Assembly: GCA_011109175.1 (NCBI GenBank)
Contig: RDEW01000016.1
Coordinates: forward strand, 298,049-362,048
Direction of reading: 5' to 3'
DNA from: Dicyema japonicum
Taxonomy: Eukaryota; Animalia; Dicyemida
Length of the DNA stretch: 64,000 nucleotides
How positions within the stretch are numbered: the stretch's first letter is position 1; the number at the start of each line of letters is the position of its first letter. A program made the translations under genes and the position numbers. Positions 12,090 through 22,878 of the stretch are shown piece after piece. A model generated the notes under the pieces. That model had not been told where the DNA came from and did not search any database. It saw only the letters and a program-made list of their open reading frames with translations.

Positions 12090-12800
12090 AGTTGTTAATG
12101 TATCCTCAATAATGCATCCATCTCACTGTAACCCACGTGTCCATGTCAGACATGTTTGTATAATATCGAAATACGTCTAAATCTGTAACAAAGTAGTTCT
12201 ACAACGTAATTATCCACGTGGCTAAGTTTATAATTATCCATAGGATGACGTACAGTATAAATACCCACGTGTACATATTTGAATTATTATAATGTATTTT
12301 TCACAATTCCCTATTGAAGTAACTGAATTATCGCACGTGCCTATACTTTATGCAAGATATCGACTCCATTGTGTAGTCTTTTCCCGGATAAAGGGATCGG
12401 AACAGAAAACTTTCATAAATCGTGTATGTTCATCTTTAGAGTATTACCACTTGACATATAAGATTTAAATTCCAGGTTTTTTGCGCTTATGCAAAGAACC
12501 AGGAAACCCACTTGTGGAAATGGTTACACCTGCAGAAATGAACGGGAACTAATTAACACGTGCAAAGTCACCATATCAAGCTGAGAGGAATATTAGCGGA
12601 TGTAATGTAGGCTTACTACCACTTATATTTGAAGGACAGTAAGCTAAGGTACTTCTATGTTTTGTAATCAGCATAATGATTTAATTACACAAAACATGAA
12701 TAACATTGAGGGACTACAACATTAATGAGAATACTACAAGGAACTATTATGCACCACTACTGAACTGAGGCTGCACAACTGTTCGTTATGGAGACTGTCA
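12090..12800 (-). other. Possible unannotated micro-intron gene
   Basis: Candidate 22-24 nt GT-AG introns join an open stretch EHTRFMKVFCSDPFIREKTTQWSTCDNSVTSIGNCEKYIIIIQICTRG; no complete model or homologue recognised. Confidence 0.3.
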
Positions 12801-14879
12801 TAAAATTATTAAAACTAACCTTTTTTACTTTATTTCACAGTCGACTGTACAATAATGAGAAACCACAAATTTTACCAAATTTTCAATTATAGAACTTTGT
12901 TAAGTTAATTACCCCCGAAAACATCGAGGAGTTTATATTGGCGATTTGAGACCGATAAAAAGAGCACTAAGAAAAAAAAAATTATAGTGATCCGTGGAGT
13001 CTTATAGGGAAGTGAAAACGATTGTTGACAGGATCATCCGAGCGCGGAATATATAATTGTAGAGTACACGATTACATGTTTGTCGCTAATAATACAGAGT
13101 AAGGGATAACATTAACTGTACCCAGTATTCCAATCGTAGACAAGGATAGAAAGTCATCCCAAGATCGCACACATATTTACAGAACCAGAGGATGGACATA
13201 AATCCAGTTTTTGCAGTTGCAGAAAACCTTCAAAAAAATAAAAAATGGAGTGGAGGTTTAATATTTCAAGGATCTCATGTATGGATAGACTAATTAAATA
13301 TTTAGTTTCGATAACATGTAGAAAACTGGCAATCGTCAAAAACGCCCAGTAATACATGACCGGATCTTTTTGGTCCAGAGCAAGCAAAAAGATGCCGAAC
13401 TATCCTCCAACCAAAACAGATGAAGTCCACGGTCCTCGGAAGAAGCAGATCTAATGCACTCATCTAAGGATGTCTGCCCTCCAGTATCTTGTTTTCTTTG
13501 AGGGTTCGTAGACACACTTTTGGTCTAATTAGGCGTTTTAGTGGTTTTTATGGTTTTTTTAAGTTATTATTATTATAATTTATTCAGTAAATAAAATGTA
13601 GTCTTAAATATAATATCCACAATGATTATATATTTGCCATAGATTCATGGTCTATTGTACTTCACACACATGACAAAAACATAACTTTAATTTGTTTATT
13701 CGTGCTGATCTTGTGAGAAGGCCACTGGTCGATTACAAGCAATATCGTTTCCTTTTGACAACTTAATGTCCCACTCAATCAGACAGAATCGAGGTTCCGT
13801 TTCATCAATAACATCATTACTACCACTACTTCTGGATGATAAGTTCCAAGATTAGGTGACGTTTCACAGAGAAGGCTCAGCTGGACTACAGAAGCTAGCA
13901 CATGACAGGAACAAGTGGAGGATGATGACGTCATTGTTAGTGTTTCGGGGTGAACATGCATAATATAGAGTAACCAGAAAACCAACTCCAAAATAGGGGG
14001 TATTTATTAGACATTAATATTCTGATAAAACAATACTAATAAATTACTTATAATTCTTCATATAAGAACAATCCAATTTTCCAACCAATAAAAACAGCTG
14101 ATTGGTAGTAAGGTATTAGAAAATGTCTAATATAACCCCTTTGTCTCTTCTAACTTGGTGGATTAAATGAAGAATTAAAGAATAGTGGTGTTAGAATCTC
14201 AATTGTGTAGATTGGGGAAATAATGGAAGAGTATTACCATACGTGGTTATGTAATTATGACTAATCTTTTTTCAGTTTGATTGATGGGAAATGCTTACAT
14301 TTGAAAATTGCCTACATTTGTAGTGAACAATCCAACCTCTCTCGTTTACCAAACAGCTACCAAATAGTTTGGTTGGTAGTGGTTAAGTGTATAATAATCA
14401 ATAATACAGTAAAGACTCTCGAATCCGCCAATTTCGGGGATCGGCAAAATCTGGCTGATTCGAGAGACTTATTGATTTTTTCATCCATTAATAATGTAAA
14501 TCAAAAAAAATTATTTATAAGATAAAAAATATTAAGTATTGATTTTTTTCTTTTTAAAGTTCGGATCATTGATGATCCAAGCTATTCAACAGACTCAAGA
14601 TTTTCGACATTAAAGAATTCTTCTTGATTATAGAATTCTTATAATTTATTTAAGGCTAAAAAAGCCTCGCTAATAGTTACACCTTTCTGACTTTCTTCAA
14701 GGGGTTCTTCACTATCAATTTCTTGTTCTAATTTCTTTGTATCATTCAAATCAAGTTCTTCATTTTCATTGTAGTCAATTTCGATATAGTCTCTTTTCTA
14801 AAGGATCACTTATGTTCATTTTGTCTAGAATATATTCGTATTTTCAATAACAGAGTTTTCATAATTTATATTTTCAATG

Positions 14880-15210
14880 TTTTTGAATCCACTTTGCGTG
14901 TGTGAAGCATTTGAATATTAAAGAACTATCTATCTTCCTCAAATGTGGACTCGCTCTATGTGCAGTTTATTCAACCGTCTCTAACTTACGGGTGTGCTGC
15001 ATGGGAACCAAACTATCAAACGCGAACATGGAAAAATCAATACATTCCGAAAAATGGCCAGTAAGGCTCTGCAAAGGCTTTCCCAGACACCTCTAAACCC
15101 TATACCATTTGAGGAATTAGTGAGAAAAACTGGAGCCTTACGTTCGCGAGGGCATCTAGGTCCAGTCGCAGAATATGGCCGAAAAGCCTCCTTCGTGTAT
15201 CTAGAATCTC
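14880..15210 (+). mobile_element. Ingi/Vingi-like LINE C-terminal fragment
   Basis: YVQFIQPSLTYGCAAW / KLSNANMEK. Confidence 0.65.
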
Positions 15211-17380
15211 ATTAGAAATTTCTGAGGTCTTCGTCCTCTTATAAAGAAGATTAGATGACATCCTCGTATCACTTCTTTCGAACATCATATGCCGTAGTTG
15301 GTCTCTATGAAACACATTAAGTCTCTTCATTTCATTTCTTGAGCAGGCACAGGTACCAGCGTTATACAGTAATATGGGTTTCATTAACGAGTTGTATAAT
15401 CGAGTTTTTGTTATAATGTCAAGACCCTTTTTGTGGAGCCAGGTGTGTTTCAGTCTAGAGAGGGCAGTTTGTGCTAAAGTTTTCCTTCTTGTAATGTCTT
15501 CATGGTCTCCAAGGAGGGAGCCAAGCTTTTTGCACTTGCGCCAGTGCTCCTCTGTCCTTGTTTCTTCCCTCTTGAGTTCAGTTACCTCAGTCTTGTCAGG
15601 AGTTACTGTTAGGTACCATTCAGCTAGTCTTCCAGGCACTTCTTCCAACAAGCGGGTGAGCGATATTTTGTCATTTGAAATAAAGTCTACGTCATAAGCA
15701 TACGCAATAATGTTTGTCTTTTCACCCATTATCGGTTTTGACTCCCGTAGAGCAGCTTCAAGGTATATGCCAAAAAAATTGGTAATAATGGATCTCCCTG
15801 TGGAGTGCCAACAGTCGTCTCAAATCGGCGAGACAAGGCTCTCCCGACTCTTACAGTGAACCAAGTATCAGCTAGGAGGGTGGTGGCCATTCTGACAGTA
15901 GAAGCGTCTAGAAAACTCCCCAGAACCAGTATTAGCATCCGTCTGTCGACGGAGTCGAAGGCCCTCAAAATGTCGATTCCGAGGATATTTGAACTTTCGA
16001 ACGGCCGCAGATCTCCACTTGTATGACCGATCTTCCTTTTCGGAATCCGCTGTGGTATAGCGACAGAAAAGTATCTAGGCATCCTTCCATTTTTTGTAAT
16101 GTTATGTTCGCCAGAATTTTCCGAAGTGAATTTATTAATATGACTGGACGGAGGTTCTCCACCTTAACTCTTAGGTTTATTCGCCTTTTGTACAGCTATC
16201 AAGATTCTTTCTCCCAGGGTAAGCGTGTGACCATAATAGTACATTTCATTCAGGATCCTAGCGATGCATTCATAAAGTTTTTGGGTTTCATATTTAAAGA
16301 ATTCACCACCAAGTCCGTCGGGGACAGGAATCCTGTTGTTTTTTAATATGGAACTCGCAAGTTCAACTTCATATGGTATGATTTCTTCGTCCAATTTTCT
16401 TTGTTCTAGGATGATAGTGTCGTTCCTTGGATTGAAAAGCTTTCCAAAGTGGGCAGAGATAATTACCGCAACTTCTTTTTGGTCCACAATCTGCTTTCCT
16501 TTGTCATCTCTTATCATTATCGGTTGACGGAGTCTCTTTCCTTTTATCTTTTTAACAGCCTCGTAGAATTTAGCGTTGTCCTTGAGAGATTCTATCTTTT
16601 TAATCTGGTCCAGTGCTCTATTTCTGTTATGCTGACGTATAGTTTTTATTATTTTTGCTTTGATAGTCTTTTTTTCTAGCCCCAATTTTGATTTTACATT
16701 CGAATCGTCAGTATTTTGATAGAGCATCCAAATGGTCTTCTGCTTATTAGAAAAATCCTTCACCGTGTACATGTCATTGTGCGATGAGATTTTCTCATGT
16801 TCTTTCAATAGATGCAGGCTGGCTCCTTTGTGTATTGACTTCTTTACAAAATCCCATCATTTTCCGGGCGGTAAATCTGTAGGCATGTTTTTTAGTTCTG
16901 TATCCAGATATTCTTTGAATGCTAGGCCCCTTTTGACTGATTAAGGATTCCAAATTATAACGTCTAGAGTTGGGCTTTGTGGTTCCAATGTGTTTCCAAT
17001 TCGATCTTTGTAGTATCATAAATCTCTTTAGAGAAAGTCTAGAAATAACTTTTTTGTGGTCAATAATCAATCCACCATAAGCTCGTGCATCAGGTATAAT
17101 CCCTATATCCCGACCACGTTGATTTATGTCTGGCTGGATGCATGAAGGCTGTATTGCACACAAATAGGTTCTTCGTTTGACAGAAGTTAGCTAGTACAGT
17201 TCCCAGGAGAATTCTTTTCCCCCTACCGTGCCTTCCCATGAATGTCTCATTGGTCGTAACTTGCCATTTTTCGCATTTAGGTCTCCTGCGATCATTACTA
17301 ATGTTGAGAGAGCATACTTGGAGAAGATGGTAGAAAGACTGGTGTAAAAGTCATCAATCTCTTCAGGGTTTTTATTTACC
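15210..17380 (-). mobile_element. RTE-like LINE (APE + RT), fragmented
   Basis: AGDLNAK (APE), LRPVILINSLRKI, LGIDILRAFDSVDR, GTPQGD, AYAYDVDF, RLYNSLMKPILLYNAGT, RRRLFGHILR; several frameshifts. Confidence 0.9.
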
Positions 17381-17599
17381 TATAAAATTATTTAAAAAAT
17401 TATTTTAAATTAAGAGACATGGTGGATTCATTAAAAAATCTGGCAGATTCGAAAAATTTTGTTAGAAAAAATGGCGGATTAGAGAATTTATTAGTTATAA
17501 TTGGCGAATTCGAGATACTTTACTGTACTTATATTTTACAATTTTAAGCAAATTGATTCAATTGATTTAGTATGCATTAAAGATCTAAGCCCTCGTGTA

Positions 17600-18600
17600 G
17601 TTATGATCAGAGTTTAAATGAACACATGGAAGGCGCTCTCGATTGGGAGAAGACATAAAAGTCATCAATTGGGCCTCATTCAAAAAGAGAGTAGGATCGA
17701 ACGGGTATCTGTATAGAGTGTATCTTCTTGAGGTTCTCCAAAGACATGTGATCCAGTATAAATATTTAGAGTAGAAGTAATTTCATTTCATTCGTTGATA
17801 TTGTTTTTTAATATTATGTCAATACGCTTATTGATTTCAGAAAGATATTCGATTCTCCTTCGCCAGAGTTCATCCATTTGATTCTCTTAATAAGATTAAT
17901 AATGTCGGGAGGTCATAAAGGACATAACATCAAGCATCGATGGCGATATTTTGAGAACAGGGTGTGATATCGAGGGAAGTATTAGAATGATCTGAACGTA
18001 AATCACAACGAGTATGTAGAACAGGGTCATTTAGAATATCTAATTCCTCCAAATCAAACATAATTTGCACTCCACGTTTATCAGGTTTGCTAGAAAATAG
18101 TCAGACAGGATGATCATTAAAATCACCACTAAGATACAGTTCTCAATATAAAAAGTGGAATTTCGACGTATAGTTAGGAAGACACGAAGAAATCGGTGGA
18201 TTTGTAAATTGACAAGTGAAACGGGTATTATTGATATTTACTTTGATAGACACAACTTCCATATTGGAATCGTATGATTGGAGGATGAATAGACCCATTA
18301 ACAAGAATAACAAGTCCACCCCCAGCTGCAGAAAAAAGACGATCAGAGGAGATAATGGAATCGTTTTTAAAACAAGGGCAATTAGACTTTGGAGTTAACT
18401 TGGATTCTTGGATGAGTGCAATGTCCATAGAAAATTGTATAGAAAGTACTTCATATTGCATTTCTTGGAAATCCCATTAATGCTTATTTGGAGGACATTC
18501 AGCTTTCGAACAGTGGGTTTAGGGTTTTACGCAACATCTCTGAAGAGGATCAATAGAAAGAACTGGGAACGTAAGCTTGCATTTGCTCTGTAGCCACTAC
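17600..18600 (-). mobile_element. Ingi/Vingi-like LINE 5' part (APE) with decayed 2A-like motif
   Basis: FFLLILFRDVA*NPKPTVRKLNVLQISINGI then DIALIQESKL..GGGLVILV. Confidence 0.75.
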
Positions 18601-19022
18601 TAAGAAAACTATAAAATAATCGCATACCAAGGAGAGAAGGGGTCGTCAGTTACCACTGTAGGCAGTGTCTCCAAGAGTAGATGACCCACATGAAAACCTC
18701 AAATATCAAATTACAGTATTGTGGTTATTATTTCAATAGGAAATATGAAATTATTGTGACCACGATTATTTATAATTTTAGAAACTTAATTTTCAATTAT
18801 TATATTACACAAGTCCACAGTTATACTATAAACATACAACCGACAGTAACCTATTTTAATTATTATAGTTAAATTCCCGACAAATTCACATTTTATTAAA
18901 TAATTGATAATATTAATAAATTTAGTTAAATTATTTAATGAATATTAAAAATAATGATTTTAAATTAAAAAAAATAATTAAAATTTGATTCAATAAATTG
19001 GCCTAATTGTGTGTTTTCCGCT

Positions 19023-20267
19023 ATGAGTTTATATCTGCTAATTTTGCTGTGTTTAACAACCAGCATATGTGATCTGTCAATTTTCGACGAGAATAGGACT
19101 ATTCTTAGTATTGTGAAGTCCCAACCAGCTTCCTTTGGTTCATCTTATACTCAGGTTGTTGGATCACTAGTGATACCTTCCAACGTCTACTTTTGTGCAA
19201 AAATCCCTTACAATAAGTTGAACGATCATTCCATCTCCTTGATTGAACGGGGCCACTGTGATTTTCTGGATAAGGTTATCTATACCTAACCTACGTGTAG
19301 GTCTTGAACGCACAGTTGGCTGGGTTTGTTGGGGCTATTATTTATGATCCCAACTCCATGGACCTATTTGAAATGCATTCTAACAGTCCCTATGCTTTCC
19401 TGGTGAAAATTCAGTCTTTTTTTGTTGGACACTATGGCTATAAGGACCTACTTATGTACAGTAACAGCACTAAGTTAGTCTGGCATAGTTTAAGCGCGAA
19501 TTTGTCTGTCTTATTGATTTATTAAAATATTTTCTTATTTATGATTTTAGATATTGGGTTATGTCTGATCCAGAGGGAAGGTCACAGTTTGAGTATTATA
19601 TATTTGTGTTCGCCTGTGTGGTTGCCGTTTGCATATTAGTCTTTATAGCGTTTCTGGTGGGTTGTTGGTGTAATCTTTTAGATCACCAAGCTTATTCGTT
19701 ATTACTACGAACAATGGAAAGCGAAACTTCCCGCCAGACAGATTAAGAAACTGCCTGTTATATTATACATGAAAGGTATTTATAATTTTTCCCATCCTTC
19801 CATTTTTATAGTGTTAGAATTACCTTTATTTCCCGCTCTTTTCATTTTTCCATTGTTTTAGTCATTTTCTTTTTTATTTCTTTGAATTAGTCATTTTTAT
19901 TTCTCTTTGAAGTAGTCATTTCCTTGCTAATTTGCTTTAATGTTTTTAGTTGAAGATCAGTATTTTGACAGCTGTGCTATCTGCTTGGAGGAGTTTACAG
20001 AAAGGACTAAGGTTCGTGAACTACCCTGCAGACACAGTAATTAATTTCTTAATGGTAGTATATCATGTTAAATGCATTGATCCTTGGCTTATCAAAGTCC
20101 ACAGACTGTGTCCCCTTTGCAAACAAGATGTGTTAGAACCAAACAATCGTCTGACTTCCAATGTGTCCGTTGATATGACACCCACGTGTCCTGTTACTAC
20201 CAACAGTGAAGTTGTTCCATCTACTATCATTCTACTAGAAAGTACATCCACAAATGAAGAACCGTAG
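19023..20267 (+). CDS. PA-TM-RING-H2 E3 ubiquitin ligase (RNF13/RNF167 family); introns 19275-19300, 19474-19550, 19657-19681, 19776-19949, 20037-20058
   Basis: Signal peptide MSLYLLILLCLTTSIC; PA domain (PASFG, ISLIERGHCDFLDKVLNAQLAG); TM YYIFVFACVVAVCILVFIAFL; RING-H2 CAICLEEF..LPCRHIYHVKCIDPWL..CPLCKQ. Confidence 0.92.
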
Positions 20268-21179
20268 ATTATATTTTACTAACAATTATTATTTCGTTAT
20301 TCAAAGAGTTTTATAGCTCATTTACTCATTCTTACTAGATTTAACAACCACGTGGTCTAATGGCTGGTTTACAGTAATGTGGGTGGAAAATATAAGTTAT
20401 ATTACAATATTTGAGTTTTATTTTGATTGACCTTAATTATGACCTTGATATTTTTAATTCTCTTCCTTGTAGTATTAATTAATGGATTATAAGCAGTGAC
20501 CCTCTATTGGACTAATGCTCATTAACACATTATAATGTATATTCAAGAGATTCCTTTACGAGGGAATTCGTTATGCTCTAAACATTCCGTCAAACTACAA
20601 AGTTATGCTGGTGTAGTATACCATCATAGCCGTCCATCTGGTGTTTTAATAGCCCTCAAGTGGACGTGTCCTCATTATGGAAACATTACAAGACAACTAC
20701 TTTTATGTGGACATACAAAGCGGTGTCCGTGCTGTAACCAAAAAATAAAAATTAACAACAAAGTAGTGCAGTATGCTCAATCACGACTGTGTTGGGCATA
20801 CTGAGGTTGTGAGGTTTATTCATTTACTTTTGTTCGTCAAGTAGGGGATATCACATTCAAAAAAGCTGTGGATTCGTAAAATGCAGTCTGTTAATGAGAA
20901 TGCAAATATGTGACAGTAACATAGTAATAAAAACCTCAATTGTTGTACATCATAATAAACTAAAAATTATGCTTGTGAATTGTCGTTAGACATATAACTA
21001 TCATAGAACTTTACTCACCAAGAGTGCTTGCAAATAATGGAAGTAGATAAGAAGTGGATGTACTCTTTTTTCTCAAACTGAGGATGATTGACATATGGAA
21101 AATATATATTATTCCTTATATTATTAAATTGGATTTTATCTTCAATGAATTCACATACCTGAGACTGTTGGAAGTAAAT

Positions 21180-21395
21180 AAAAATATCTACTCATAGATA
21201 CAAACAACTGTACTAGAGAACTCATGAGAGTGACGATTTTTTATTATTCTGCCCTTTCTTTAAAAGAACATTTAATGAGTTGATTTTAATAAATGTCTTA
21301 ATGTTTCTCATGTTTATCATAATTGACGCGGTGTTGTCCATCACAATATCTATAAGGATAAACTAGATGAGCCATTGGGTCTCGCGGACATCATG
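21180..21395 (-). mobile_element. pogo/Tigger-like transposon fragment
   Basis: Shares ccatgatgtccgcga..caatggctcatctag.ttatccttataga with the DDE_1 fragment at 40185. Confidence 0.55.
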
Positions 21396-22870
21396 GTTTC
21401 TCAGTGATAATTCAGTTCACATGTGGTTATGTTGTCTGATCCTTTGGCCTCTGAGTTGTAGGCCTTAGATATGGCTCTGCGAACATCCTGACTAGTAAAT
21501 AGGATCCAGTCATCGGAGCGTTTCGGTTCAATCTTTTTCAGGAATACTTGGTGTTCTTTTGAAAACTTCTGTAGGATATAGACGTGTAATATTTTATCAT
21601 AGTGTCTGGTTTTATGTAGACTTCGACTTTTCTCTCTGGGGAGGATCTTTTGATGTTTTTGATCCACTTCCACACTCTCTGCATTGGAGGGTTTTGTAGA
21701 GAGCTTTCGATAGTCTTGTCCATCTATTTGCATTTTCTGTCTTTATGTTGTTGTCGATCTCTCTGTTCAATTCTCGTATTTTCCTGATGTTCTCTTCTGT
21801 TGGCGATTTACCATCTTTAGATTATTTCGTTCTCTTATCAGATGTTTCGTCGTTGTGTTGAAACGTTTTGATGACGTAGGTTGTCTCCCCATATGAATGT
21901 ACTTCTTTTTCGCAGCGTTTATAATGGAGTTGAATCATTTCACTAATTGTTCGACGGAGGGAAGAGTGGGGGAATTTAATAGTCAAATACACTTATCGAC
22001 GTATTCCTTGAATCCTCTCCAATTCGCAAGGCTGTAGTTAGTTATCGTTGGGCATTGTCCTTTTATCCGTGACCTTGTTTTGACCTCCAAAAGTATTGGA
22101 TTGTGGTCACTCCTGGTGTCATACTTCACTGACCAGTCAATAAGAGGGGCCAAGGACGGTGATGACAATGAGATGTCGATAGAAGGTTTATCGTTACGTC
22201 GAGTAGGTGTTCTTGTATGAGATGCAAGATCGTTGAGTATACATAGTCTGTGGAGGTGCTCAATTATCATCTTCCTCTTTTGTCGTAGGTTTGTCCTGTC
22301 AGCCACAGTGGGTGCTTCGCATTGAAGTCACCACAGATAATCACATCCTTCAGTGATTTGAGAGAAGTGAGTCTGGGAGCTCTGGACGAGCAGGAACTCA
22401 GCGGTGGGATATATGCGTTGACAATTATTATTGATAGTCTTGGGAATCGTACTTTGGTAACCAAAAGTTCGAGATTCCCATATCCTTTAAGCATAGTGTA
22501 AGCACTGTTAGTTAAGTCCTCAAACGGAATGCCGTTGAGGATAACTGTAGAAGACCCCCACCAAGTTTGCCAATTCTGTCACTGCGAATTACTGTGAATC
22601 CCGGAAATACTGGTGTTGAATTCTTTGGAGAAAGTTTAGACTCTTGAATTAGCAACAGATCAATGTGATTTTCTTTCACAAATGTCCGAAGTTCGAGTAT
22701 TGTTCTTGATTCCATTTATGTTGAGTTGGACTATTCTGGATGGTCCAGGGTTTGCCTCAACGTCTCCGCAGCGGGGCAGGCCTTCCTTATTGGTCCACCC
22801 GTGAAGATAGGGGAAAGTGTGGTTCTTTTTTTCCAAATGCCACCACGTCGTCGGCGAGCCACATGACATT
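21395..22870 (-). mobile_element. Ingi/Vingi-like LINE 5' half: short N-terminal peptide + 2A + APE + linker
   Basis: MSCGSP..GDVEANPGP-SRIVQLNINGI, IDLLLIQESKL, IICGDFNAKHPLW, SIDISLSS..DTRSDHNPI. Confidence 0.88.
22741..22764 (-). other. 2A-like ribosomal skipping motif DVEANPG|P
   Basis: gac gtt gag gca aac cct gga cca, exact D(V/I)ExNPGP consensus directly before the first APE motif. Confidence 0.85.
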
Positions 22871-22878
22871 TTTAAGGT

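Noticed and set aside
13154-13991. Short ORFs 13154-13387 and 13779-13991 as genes
   Set aside because: No recognisable motif or consistent splice model; lengths compatible with chance
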